NCBI RefSeq assembly: GCF_004010195.1
Contig: NC_057718.1
Coordinates: 104,654,619-104,718,618 of the forward strand
Reading direction: 5' to 3'
Length of the DNA stretch: 64,000 nt
DNA from: Chiloscyllium plagiosum
Lineage: Eukaryota
Shown: in pieces, positions 1 through 10,403 of the stretch
Layout: each line of letters opens with the position of its first letter
Position numbering within the stretch: position 1 is the first letter of the stretch
Program-made: the position numbers and the translations under genes
The notes under the pieces: generated by a model
Database searches by the model: none
Told to the model about the DNA's origin: nothing
Seen by the model: only the letters and a program-made list of their open reading frames with translations

Positions 1-164
1 CCACACCAACACACACCCCACCCTCACACACAACCCACACCCCCACATACACACACTCAACCCACACCCCTACACCCACACCCACCCACCCCAACACACT
101 CCTTCTGATCACTGCCTTTGATCACTCTCTCTGGTCACCCTCTGATAACCACTCTCTCTGCAGG

Positions 165-692
165 AAGAGTACTGTACACAGTTTTGGGTCCCATACATTA
201 GAAAGGATCTACTGGCCTTGGAACATGTTCACAGGAGGTTCACAAGAATGGTCCCAGGAATGAAAAGGAATGTACAAGGAACGTTTAAGGACTCTGGTTC
301 TATACTCAATGGAGTTTGGGAGGATGGCGGGGGGGGGGGTTCTAATAGAAACATACAGAATACTGAATGGCCTGGACAGAGTGGATGTTGGGAAGGTGTT
401 TTCATTGGTAGGAGAGACTAGGACCTGAGGGCACAGCTTGAGAGTAAAGGGAAGGCCTTTGAGAAAGGGGATAAGGAGCAACTTCTTCATCCAGAGAGTG
501 GGGAATCTGTGGTATTCACTGCCACAGAAGGCTGTGGAGGCCAGGTCACTGAGTATATTTAAGTCTGAGATAGATAGGTTCTTGAGTATCAAGGGGGTCA
601 AGGGTTACGGGGAGAGAATGGGGATGAGAAACTTATCATGTTTGAATGGCAGAGCAGACTCAGTGGGCTGAATGTTCCTATGTCTTATGGTC
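165..692 (+). mobile_element. CR1-type LINE 3' fragment
   Basis: LEHVHRRFTRMVPGM...NFFIQRVGNLWYSLP (end of ORF2) followed by the CR1 3'UTR tail. Confidence 0.8.
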
Positions 693-694
693 AC

Positions 695-990
695 TTTGTT
701 CACTCTCTTTCTTGGTCACTCTGTGATGGTCACCCTTTCACTCTGCTCTCTCTATGATCTCTCTATGATCACAATCTCTCTCTATGATCACTTTCTCTAT
801 GGTCACTCACTCTGTGACCTCACTCTCTCACTATGATCTCTGTGTCTATGATATCGTTCTCTCTGTGATCACTCTTTCTCTGTGATCTCCGTCCCTCCCT
901 CTTTCAATGACCTCTCTCATTCTCATTGTGATCTCTATTACTGTGATCACCCTCTCCATTGCCCCGATCCAGGATCTCTCTCTCTCTCTG
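695..990. repeat. Degenerate CT-rich low-complexity repeat (CTCTCTRTGATCA-like)
   Basis: Recurrent ctctctatgatc / ctctgtgatc units. Confidence 0.7.
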
Positions 991-1145
991 AGGATCTGCC
1001 GCTTCCAGAGCAGATTCATTCGAAGAAAACGTAACAAAAGTATGGGGCGGGGCAAGAGCTGCGGCAGCCAATAGACATGCGGTAACGTCGGCTGTTACAC
1101 AGCCCAGCGACCAATCAGAGAACTCACTACTCTCAGGGGGCAGTG
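990..1145. promoter_or_regulatory. CpG-rich TATA-less promoter-like module (GC box plus two CCAAT boxes)
   Basis: GGGGCGGGGC at 1044-1053, AGCCAATAG (CCAAT 1068-1072), GACCAATCAG (CCAAT 1111-1115); local CpG excess against a CpG-poor background. Confidence 0.55.
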
Positions 1146-1149
1146 TCTT

Positions 1150-1570
1150 ATCGATCCCAGCACAGGGAGGGGCCATTCCCAGCACAGGCATGGACAAATC
1201 CCAGCGTAAAGATGGGCAAATCCCAGTACACAGGTAAATCCCAGCACAATGAGGGTCCAATCCCACCATAGTGAGGGTCAATCCCAGCACAGACAGGGCA
1301 AATCCCAGCACATAGAGGGGAAAACCTAGCACAGTGAGGGGTCAGCCCCAGCAGAGAGAGAGAGGCAAATCCCAGCCCAAAGTGGGGCAAATCCCACCAG
1401 AAAAAGAGTAATGTCCCAGTGCAGAGGGGGCAAATCCCAGCACAGGTGGGCAAATCCCAGCATACAGTGAGGCAAATCCCATCACAGAGAGGGGAAAGTC
1501 CCAGCTCACAGCAGGGCAAATTCCAGGACAACGCAAGGCAAATCCCAGCTAGAGAGGGGCAAATCCTGGG
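1150..1570. repeat. Minisatellite, ~21-23 bp unit GGCAAATCCCAGCACAGAGAGG
   Basis: About 18 recurrences of the (A)ATCCCAG core. Confidence 0.85.
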
Positions 1571-2287
1571 ATCTGAAAGTGATCAATTCTAGGAACGATG
1601 CAGATACTGGAATCTGTCCTGGAAACAACAAATGCTGGAGATCACAGCAGGTCAGACAGCATCCACGGAGAGAGAGAGAGAACGTTTGAATCTAGATAAT
1701 TTGTCAAAGCTGGTGAAGCATGGAGGGGACAGCATTGAAGGTCTAGTTTGGGAGAGGTGGGGTTATGGGTGTAGTGGGTGCAGGGAGCTGATGGAGAAAT
1801 GATGTTGGTAGTTCAGATTAAGTGCTGGGAATGTGAGAATGGCAGAACGATGGAGTGTTCCACTGCCAGACTGGAAAGGACAGTAAGTGGGATGGGGGAG
1901 GGGAGGACATGATAACCAGCCCAAGGAGAGCAAAGAAATGGGAGCTGGTTCACAATTGGAAGTGGTAAACTCAGCACTGTATTCAGTCCAGAAGGTTGTA
2001 AAGTGCCTAGTCTGAAGTTGAGATGTTGTTCCTCCAATTAGTGCTGTGATTCAGTGGAGCACTGCAGCATGCAGAGGACAGACATATGGGGCATGTGAGC
2101 AGGACACTGTGTGAAAATGACCTGCTGTGGAAAGGTCAGGGTCATGCTTACACACTGACTGAAGGTGTTAAACATAGCGGACACCCAGTCTGCGTTTGGT
2201 TTCTCCAATGGAGAGTAGGCCACATTGGGTGCAGTAATTACAATACACAGCTGGGGGAGGTCAGGTGAAATGCTGCTTCCCTTGGAA

Positions 2288-2590
2288 AGACGGCATAGTG
2301 GCACAGTGGTTAACACTGCTGCCTCACAGCGCTGGGTTCAATTCCCACCTTGGGCAACTGTCTGTGTGGAGTTTGCATATTCTCCCCATGTCTGCGTGGG
2401 TTTCCTCTGGGTGCTCCGGTTTCCTACCACAGTCCAAAAATGTGCAGGTTAGGTGAATTGGCCATGCTAAATTGGCCATGGTGTTAGGTAAAGGGGTAAA
2501 TGTAGGGGAAAGGGTTGCTCTTCAGATGGTCGGTGTGGACTTGTTGGGCCGAAGGGCCTGTTTCCACACTGTAAGTAATCTAATCTAATT
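2288..2590 (+). mobile_element. HE1-type tRNA-derived SINE
   Basis: A box TGGCACAGTGG, B box GGTTCAATTCC, body ...GGCCATGCTAAATTG..., tail (TAATC)n. Confidence 0.85.
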
Positions 2591-2745
2591 AAGACTCTTT
2601 AGGTCCTTGCGTGGTGAGCAGGGAGGAGGTGGAAGGGGAGGTGTTGTACATTCTGCGGTTACATGGGAAGGTGCCATGGAGAGGGGGGTGGTGTTGGTAA
2701 TTGTGGAATGGACTAGGGTGTTCCAGAGGGAACAATTCCTGTAAA

Positions 2746-2924
2746 GCTAGTCCAATTACAACATTTAAAAGGCATCAGGATAGGTGCCTATCCTATATGA
2801 ATAGGAAGGGTTTGGAATGATATGGACCAGGTGCTGGCAGGTGGAACTAGGTTGGGTTGGAATATCTGGTCAGCATGGACGAGTTGGACCGAAGGGTCTG
2901 TTTCCGTGCTGTCCATCTCTATGA
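2746..2924 (+). mobile_element. 5'-truncated CR1 tail with 7-bp TSD CTGTAAA
   Basis: TSD at 2739-2745 and 2925-2931; same 3' end as the CR1 at 25921-26462. Confidence 0.75.
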
Positions 2925-3354
2925 CTGTAAATACAGACAGGGGGAGTGAGGGGAAGATGTGGTTGGGGGTGGTGCTATGCTGGAGTTGTCTGAAATGGTG
3001 GAGAATTATGCTTTGAATGTGGCGGATGGTGGGATGGAAAGTGAGGACAAAGGGAACCTGATCACACTGTTGGGAGTGAGGGGAAGGACAAGGGCAGAGG
3101 TATGGGTGATGGGTTGGATGTGGTTGAGGGCCCTGTTAACCACAGTAGGTAGGAAGCCATGGCATCAGCCCTGTTTTGAAGGGCTGTATGATCAGGTTCC
3201 CTTTGTCCTCACTTTCCATCCCACCATCCGCCACATCCAAAGACTCATTCTCTATGAAATCAGGGCTGGACTTACACACTTAATGGTAAGGTGTTGCTGA
3301 ACAAAGAGACCTTGGAGTGCAGGTTCATAGCTCCTTGAAAGGGAGGGGGAGTCC

Positions 3355-4311
3355 AGAATTGAATTGAATTGAATTTATTATCACGTGTACCGAGACACAG
3401 TGAAAAGCTTTATCTTCTGAGCAATAGGCAGATCACAGAGTTAAGTAACATAGATACTTTCCTCATTCCTGAAGAAGGGCTTATGCCCGAAACGTCGATT
3501 CTCCTGTTCCTTGGATGCTGCCTGACCTGCTGCGCTTTTCCAGCAACACATTTTCAGCTAAGTAACATAGATAGTAAATAATAGGTAAACAGCAGCAAAA
3601 ACAAAAACACAGGTACAGGTGAATGTTAAGAGTTTGTGAGTCCATTCAGTATTCTAACAACAGTCGGGTAGAAACAGTTTCGAAACCGGCTGGTGCATGT
3701 GTTCAGGCTTCTGTACCTTCTCCCTGATGGTAGTGGTTGTAGAAAAACATTGCCAGGGTGGGATGGATCTTTGAGAATGCTGGCGGCCTTTCCTTGATAT
3801 CAGGCCTGGTAGATGGATTCTATAGATGGGAGGTTGGCCTTTGTGATTGTCCGGGCCGAGTTCACCACTCTCTGTAACCGCCTCTGATCTTGAATGGTAC
3901 AGTTGCCCTACCAGGTAGTGATACATCCAGACAGAATGCTCTCAACGGTACACCTATAAAAGTTGGCGAGGGTATTCACCGTCATGCCAAATCTCCCCAG
4001 CTGCCTGAGGAAGAAAAGACATTGTTGGGCCTTTGTAACCAGTGCGTCCACATGAAGAGCCCAAGAAAGCTTGTTGTGGATGACCACTCCCAGGAGCTTG
4101 ACACTCTCCACTCGTCCCACCTCTGTGCTGTTAATGTGTAGGGGGGCATGAGTAACATCCTGCCGAAAGACAATAATGAGTTCCTTAGTTTTGCCGGCGT
4201 TGAGAGCTTGGTTGTTCTTAGTGCACCATTTTTCCAGGTCTTCCACATCCCATCTGTAAACTGTTTCATCGCCATCTGAGATTCGACTGACTATGGTGGT
4301 GTCATCAGCAA
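3355..4311 (-). mobile_element. Rex-Babar-like LINE 3' fragment (end of RT plus 3'UTR, (ATTCA)n tail)
   Basis: WCTKNNQALNAGKTKELI...KAQQCLFFLRQL...NFYRCTVESILSGCITTW; the same tail recurs at ~51563-51610. Confidence 0.75.
3457..3558 (+). mobile_element. Penelope-derived hammerhead-containing mini-insertion, 15-bp TSD
   Basis: TSD TAAGTAACATAGATA at 3442-3456 and 3559-3573; core CTGAAGA-A-GGGC-TTAT-GCCC-GAAAC-GTC at 3469-3496. Confidence 0.8.
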
Positions 4312-4312
4312 A

Positions 4313-4602
4313 CTAGAGGACATAGGCTAGGGTGACAGGAGAAAGATTTGAAAGAGACCTAAGGGGCAACTTTTTCATGCAGAGGATGGTACATGTATGG
4401 AATGAGCTGCCAGAGGAAGTGGTGGAGGCTAGTAAAATTGCAACATTTAAAAGGCATCTGGATGGGTGTATGAATAGGAAGGGTTTAGACGGATATGGGC
4501 CAAGTGCTGGCAAATTGGACTAGATTAATTTAGGACATCCAATCAGCATGAGTGAATTGGACCAAAGTGTCTGTTTCTGTTTTGTACAATTCTATGACTC
4601 TA
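4313..4602 (+). mobile_element. CR1 3' fragment
   Basis: RFERDLRGNFFMQRMVHVWNELPEEVVEA followed by tail CTATGACT. Confidence 0.85.
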
Positions 4603-4619
4603 TAACTGTATGGTCCCGT

Positions 4620-5400
4620 CCACTTCAGTCTTTACTCCCGTGTTTTCCAATGTGTTTCTTCAAACCGCAACTTTTTTTGTCATTAAAGTGTCCATACTCC
4701 AAATTCCATACCTCTGGATTTTATTTCCACTGGACTTCACAGGGACCTCTCTGTTTCTCAGTGTAGTCATCAGTGTCCTGCAGGTTTATTATGCTCTTGC
4801 CTCCAATGTTTACCCTGGGAGTACATCAAGTCCTTGCTCAGTGTAAAGACTGAACAATTGTGGTTACAGAACACACCCTTGTGGCACTCCTGTCTTCACT
4901 CCTTTAACATACCTGATTGTCCTCCTGGTCCCTGATTGTCACTCGTTGGTGCCAGTATAGGCTTTGTGTAAATCTCACAGCTTCATTGTCAATGTTACAT
5001 ATCAGCAATACTTCTGTTAACGTGTTAGTGATCAAATGCATTTTCATTGTCTATTTGTAAATGGTTTTGTTTACAAATAAATGTTTATTGAAGATTGTTC
5101 TCAGGTTGATATTTTTTCTCTCTCTCAATCCTACTCCAGGTCTAAATCAAGTCCATCAGTTTGCTTCAAATATAATTAGACTCCGGCCATGCAGTCTCAG
5201 GAATTCTACATTCCTTTTCTCAGTAGGAATGACTTATAATACAGGTGTGTGTTTAATGAGAAGGACATGACACCTAATCTAAACACGTTAATAATTGTGA
5301 GATTTCTCATTACATTCATTTTCCATTTCCTCATTGCACTAATGACCAAGTTTACTTAAAAATCCCATGCATTCCATCCAATTATTTCTTCCTACAATTG
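4620..5400 (-). mobile_element. Highly decayed RTE-clade LINE RT fragment
   Basis: Minus strand ~4902-4834 reads GVKTGVPQGCVL*PQLFSLYTEQ, preceded by RFTQSLYWHQRVTIR; boundaries approximate. Confidence 0.5.
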
Positions 5401-5894
5401 GTTATATTTTGTCATGTGACTTGTTTGAGCAAAATTAAAACAAGAAGTTTAATACTGTTACATGGTAACTCAAAAAGTCATACATCTGTAACAACTCAAC
5501 ATATCTTTGTCTAATTCTTTCTCCAATTATCATTGTTAAACTTCAAGGACAAATTTTCACAATGCAAGAACAAATGCAGTCCAGTAAAATCTTGTTCATT
5601 AAACCTAGATATGTGTCTTCCATGTGCACTAAATAAAACACCATCAACCAGTTCATTGTGCCTCTCCTGTCCTCTCTCACACACAGCTGTACGTGATGAT
5701 AATTGTGTGCAAACCTTCTCTTCATACACACCTTGTAATAAAAATGCACACGTGTGTAAACACAAGCACATGTTTCGGAGCAAACTCTGCCCTTGCACTA
5801 AGCAGAATAAGAGATTTATATTTCTCCCTACCCTAATGTTATAAATTAGTTTTGTTCTCTCAGCTACCCCACTGACAGGACAACAGGATAATGA

Positions 5895-5976
5895 AGAAGG
5901 GCTCATGCCCGAAACGTCGATTCTCCTGCTCCTTGGATGCTGCCTGACCTGCTGCGCTTTTCCAGCAACACATTTT
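5895..5976 (+). mobile_element. Hammerhead-type mini-insertion, 14-bp TSD
   Basis: TSD CAACAGGATAATGA at 5881-5894 and 5977-5990; (A)TGAAGA-A-GGGC-TCAT-GCCC-GAAAC-GTC. Confidence 0.78.
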
Positions 5977-6224
5977 CAACAGGATAATGAGGCAACTCTC
6001 ATTCTTCACAGTACATCCAGTCTATAACACAGAAACTGGCCATTTGGCCCAACTGGTCTATGATAGCATTTATGCTGCATACACACTTTTTCTGAATTGC
6101 CTAATGGATTTATCAGTGATCATCTTCCATCAATGGGCCCTTGTGGAAACATCTTCTCCACATCTACCCTTTAAGATCCTTTCATTTTCTTGGCTGTTCT
6201 GTGACAGATCACTATCATTATCTC

Positions 6225-6430
6225 TGGAATTCATTGCCACAGAAGGCTATGGAGGCCAGATCACTGAGTATATTTACCTTGGAGATAGATGCGTTCTTGA
6301 GTATCAAGGGGATCAAGGGTTATGGGGAGAAAGCAGGAGAATAGGGTTGAGCAACTTATCAGCCATGATTGAATGGTGGAGCAGACTCGATGGGCTGAAT
6401 GGCCTAATTTCTGCTCCTATGTCTTATGGT
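6225..6430 (+). mobile_element. CR1 3' fragment
   Basis: LWNSLPQKAMEARSLSIF plus tail; homologous to 500-690. Confidence 0.75.
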
Positions 6431-6496
6431 CTTCTCACTCCTCAGTCTTCTTTTGAAAGTAAAGAGCCCAGACCTTTCCTCTAAGTCCTTATACAG

Positions 6497-6803
6497 GTCC
6501 TGGTAAGACCCCTGTCCTGGTAAGAAAGACCTTGTCCTGGTAGGCCCCTGTCCTGGTAGGCCCCTGTCCTGGTAAGCCCCTGTCCTGGTAGGCCCTTGTC
6601 CTGGTAAGAAAGACCCTGTCCGGGTAAGCCCTGTCCTGGTAAGCCCCTGTCCTGGTAAGAAAGACCCTTTCCTGGTAAGCCCCTGTCCTGGTAGGCCTCT
6701 GTCCTGGTAGGCCCCTGTCCTGATAAGACCCTGTCCTGGTAAGACCCTGTCCTGGTAAGAAAGACCCTGTCCTGGTAAGCCCCTGTCCTGGTAAGCCCCT
6801 GTC
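6497..6803. repeat. Minisatellite CCCTGTCCTGGTAAG(AAAGA)C, 16-21 bp unit
   Basis: About 17-18 tandem copies. Confidence 0.9.
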
Positions 6804-6857
6804 TCTGCTAAGCTCCTTTCCCAAATGCAACATTTAAAACTTCTTTGTGGAATATTG

Positions 6858-7090
6858 TCTAATTGGCCTTGACCTGAGTGTCTCACTGGGCTATTCCAGA
6901 GTGAAGCGCAATGCTGCGGGCCTGGAGTCACATAGACCAGAGTAAGTAAGGGGACGGCAGATTTCCCTCCCTCAGGGACGTCAGTGAAGCAGATGGGTTT
7001 TTACAATAACCAATGACAGTTTCATGGTCACTATTACAGAGAGGAGCTATCAATCCAGAGGGTCATGGTGGGGTTTGAACCTGTGACTAC
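6858..7090 (-). mobile_element. SacSINE1-like (Deu-domain) SINE fragment
   Basis: CTGGAGTCACAT...GGCAGATTTCCCTCCCT...AGATGGGTTTTT; homologous to 38400-38770 and 41880-42220. Confidence 0.65.
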
Positions 7091-8699
7091 AATTTTCTGC
7101 TTCCTTGACAAGTGTGGGCAATAGTGAGAGAGTTGGGAAAACGTGACCATTCTGGAAAAATTAAACTCTTGATGTTGAGAAAAAACATTCCGATTTTTCC
7201 CATTAGAGTTTAGAAGATGGGTTCTGAACCTCATGAATGATTGGGGACCACATTATCTCAATCGTTTTGTATCTCGTTATTGGTCTGACTCACATCTTTT
7301 CCCAACAGCTTCCAAGCCTGCTCTCCCTCCCTGGGAGACAGGCTGACAATTCCCAGCCCGGGAGGAGTGGGGGTCATGGTTTGGAGAGCAGATTCCCATC
7401 AGCAGTATCTCTCCTGTCCCTTATTCAGACCTGTCTTCACCACAACATCCCTGCGCACTCCACAGACACTTTCCTCTTCATCCCTTTGTCTACCCAAATT
7501 GGCATCAGCTAACCACCAGCCTCATCGCACCAGAATGCCCGCTCTCAGGCCTCACATCAGCCCTCTGGGATACCACTCTGCAGCTCAGGGGACTTGCAGC
7601 TGCCAGCTCACTCTGTGTGAATGGACTGGGGGGGGAGCATTGATACATCTGCACAGGAGCAATCCAATGGCCCTCAGCTTCATTGCCAAACACTCACTCA
7701 CCTGGTGTTTCCTGAAGCCTGCTAGTGTCTGTGCCTCACCTTTAGTGCAGATGGAGAGGTCGTGACTGTGGGAGGGGAATGGACGGTCAAGGAGGTGGAT
7801 ATGTCAATGTAGGACATCGTGCGACCTCAGTGTCACACCTACAGTGTCAGCATCTTATTACCAACACACTGCCTGTGCTTCTGTAGTGGGGCCAAGGTGG
7901 GGGGACATCTGACTCCAGTTCAGGGGCTGGACCAATTGTTCCTGCAGTGATACCTAGGAAGGAGTTGGGTTTGATGGAGGTGGATGGAGGAGGTTTGTGG
8001 TGAGGTCTTCACTGAGTGTAGATGACATGCAGAGGTCAGGAAGGGCTAGCGGTCTGGGAGGGTGAGCTCAGTGAGAGTCTCATAGTCTGGGAGGGTGAGT
8101 TGGGTAATGGCCATGCTGCAGTCTATTGTGGGAGCTGTTGTTGATGAGTCTAGGTGAGGGGTGCGTGCAGTGACAGTGTCAGAATGAGTGGTGGTCCCTG
8201 TGAGTCTGAGGGAGCAGGAGGTGATGACACTTACCCCTGTGGGGGGAAGGAGATGACTGACCATCTATCTTCGTGCACTGTGCCGTGGCTGCAGTTCTGA
8301 CTGGGACTGGTTATGTGGCTTACTTTGGTGGGCAACAAGAGAAAATAGAGGCCTCCTTGCCCTCCCCCCCAGAGCCACCCCATGCAGCAACAGCCCCAGC
8401 TGCGTGTGGCTGAAGTGAGGGGTGATTGGAGCTATCTGGGGGTCTCTGTTCAGGATAACATTGCAGGGACTGGGAGCCCCTTGGTTGCAGGCTCTCTGGG
8501 GTGGAGGGGGCAGGGGACAGGGATGGGGATGGGGAGGGGGGGAGAGCAGCTGGGATTTGTGTGCAGCACTCAGAGTGATATGCACTGCCTGTCTCTGCTG
8601 CTGAGACAGCCAGGAAAGGCCTGTTACACCCTGAATCAGCTAACGAGGGGACGGTGAGGGGTGGGCGATGGCGAACTGCCCAACATGAATCTGCCCAAA

Positions 8700-8865
8700 A
8701 CACTCAGTGAGTCTGCAGCTCCCCTTACACCCACCCCCTGTCCTGAAGAAGGGTTACACCTGAAACATTGACTTCTCCATCTCCTGATGTTGCCTGGCTG
8801 GCTGTGTTCTTCCAGCTTCCTGTGTATCTATTTTGGATTCCAGCATATGCAGTATTTCTGTCTCA
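8700..8865 (+). mobile_element. Penelope terminal-repeat fragment with hammerhead-like core
   Basis: CTGAAGA-A-GGGT-TAC-ACCT-GAAAC at 8743-8766; reverse-complement homologue of 25165-25290. Confidence 0.65.
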
Positions 8866-9029
8866 AAACAACACTGTCAGAAATAAAGGGAACATTCAGC
8901 AGCTGGTCCCTTAAACATTCAGCTGGGCCTGTAGCATTGCCACTGCGCTGACATGGCCACTATGTCACCAACACCCTGCAAAGTTACTGAGAAAGCAACA
9001 AACACTCTTCAGGCTTCCTGAGTAAATAT

Positions 9030-9170
9030 TAACTGAAAAAGAACCGCAGATGCTGTAAATCAGAAACAAAAAACAGAAGTTGCTGGAAAAGCTCAGCAGG
9101 TCGGGCAGCATCTGTGGAGAGAAATCAGAGTTAACGTTTCGGATCAAGTGACCCTTCCGCAGAATTCCAT
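9030..9170 (-). mobile_element. Penelope terminal-repeat fragment, second subfamily (core mutated to CTGCGGA)
   Basis: Minus strand CTGCGGA-A-GGGT-CACTTG-ATCC-GAAAC-GTT-AACTCTG. Confidence 0.65.
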
Positions 9171-9324
9171 TTCTGTTTCTGAGTAAGTGGATATTGTTTG
9201 TTGTAGCATTGGCTGTTTGATATGAGACTCTGTCGCTCTGTCCTGTTTAACACAGCAGTGACTCTCAGTGAAGAACACATCCACAGGATCCACGTAGGGA
9301 GCTGGCTGAATATCTCACCACAGT

Positions 9325-9533
9325 TGGAAATGTGTTGCTGGAAAAGCGCAGCAGGTCAGGCAGCATCCAGGGAACAGGAGAATCGACGTTTCGGGCATAA
9401 GCCCTTCTTCTTCCTGAAGAAGGGCTTATGACCGAAACGTCGATTCTCCTGTTCCCTGGATGCTGCCTGACCTGCTGCGCTTTTCCAGCAACACATTTCC
9501 AGCTCTGATCTCCAGCATCTGCAGACCTCATTT
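9325..9533. mobile_element. Palindromic hammerhead-type mini-insertion, 14-bp TSD
   Basis: 86-bp inverted arms 9325-9410 and 9416-9501 with 1 mismatch; TSD TATCTCACCACAGT at 9311-9324 and 9534-9547. Confidence 0.85.
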
Positions 9534-10403
9534 TATCTCACCACAGTGTAAAAGTCAAAGGATCACCTTAAAAATGGAGCGAGGGAAGGAGGGAGAGTCG
9601 GAGAGCTTTAGGGAGAGAGTTCCCGAGATTAGGGCTCAGACTGCTGCAGGCACAGCCAGTGGTGGATGGATTCCTGAAAAGGGAGGTAGGATTGATGGAG
9701 TACAGAGATCCTGGAGGGTTGGGGTGTCTGGAGGAGCTTGTGAGACAGGAGACAGTTCAGTTTTGGAAGGATTGCATAATAGGTATGAGAATTTTAAAAC
9801 CTCGAAACTGGAAAGATATTTTAACCTCCAGGTGCAATCGATTTATTGATTCAATTCTTTTGAAGGCCCTAATGTGGCACGGAGGTAGTATCCCCACCTC
9901 TAGACCAGGAGGCCTGCTCCAGAGGTGTGTAATAACATCTTTGAACAGGTTGATTAGAAAAACAGTTTAAAAAGAACCGATGATCATGTGATGTTCACTA
10001 ATGTTCTCGGAGCCTTTAGAGAGAGGTGGGCACTGGGTGGGGGGGGTGGGATACAGTGGTTTATTCCCCCCTCCCACGCCATTCTCATTCAGTCCCCTCC
10101 CTCTCTCCCTCACTTTTTAATGTTAACAGGTGTCGCTTGTAAATATTCATTTGACCACACGAGTGTTTTCCTGCTGGTGGAGAAAATAAAATGCATTCGT
10201 AAGAATAAAGTCTGTTCAAACAGCGTCTACAATTTTCTGTCTTACAAAAATAATTAAAATATAACCTCGGATGACTGCAGGGGGCCCTCTTGTGGAGGTG
10301 AATAAAAAGGTTTAGAAGCTGGTTCTGTTTGAGCCCAGGTGTCCTTGGAGAGGGACCATGTGCTGTTTCATCACTGTCTTTATTACCCTGTCCAACTGCA
10401 TTT

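Larger units (their letters stand above)
1590..3260 (-). mobile_element. Decayed Penelope-like element (GIY-YIG region), interrupted by a SINE and a CR1 tail
   Basis: Minus strand reads CTQCGLLSIGETKRRLGVR (~2240-2180) and EEQHLNFRLGTLQPSGLN (~2035-1980). Confidence 0.75.

Noticed and set aside
904..1536. Hydrophobic or Cys-rich ORFs
   Set aside because: Translations of the ~22-bp minisatellite.
6404..6931. Collagen-like GLPGQG ORF
   Set aside because: Arises from a 16-21 bp minisatellite; no sustained Gly-X-Y frame or splice context.
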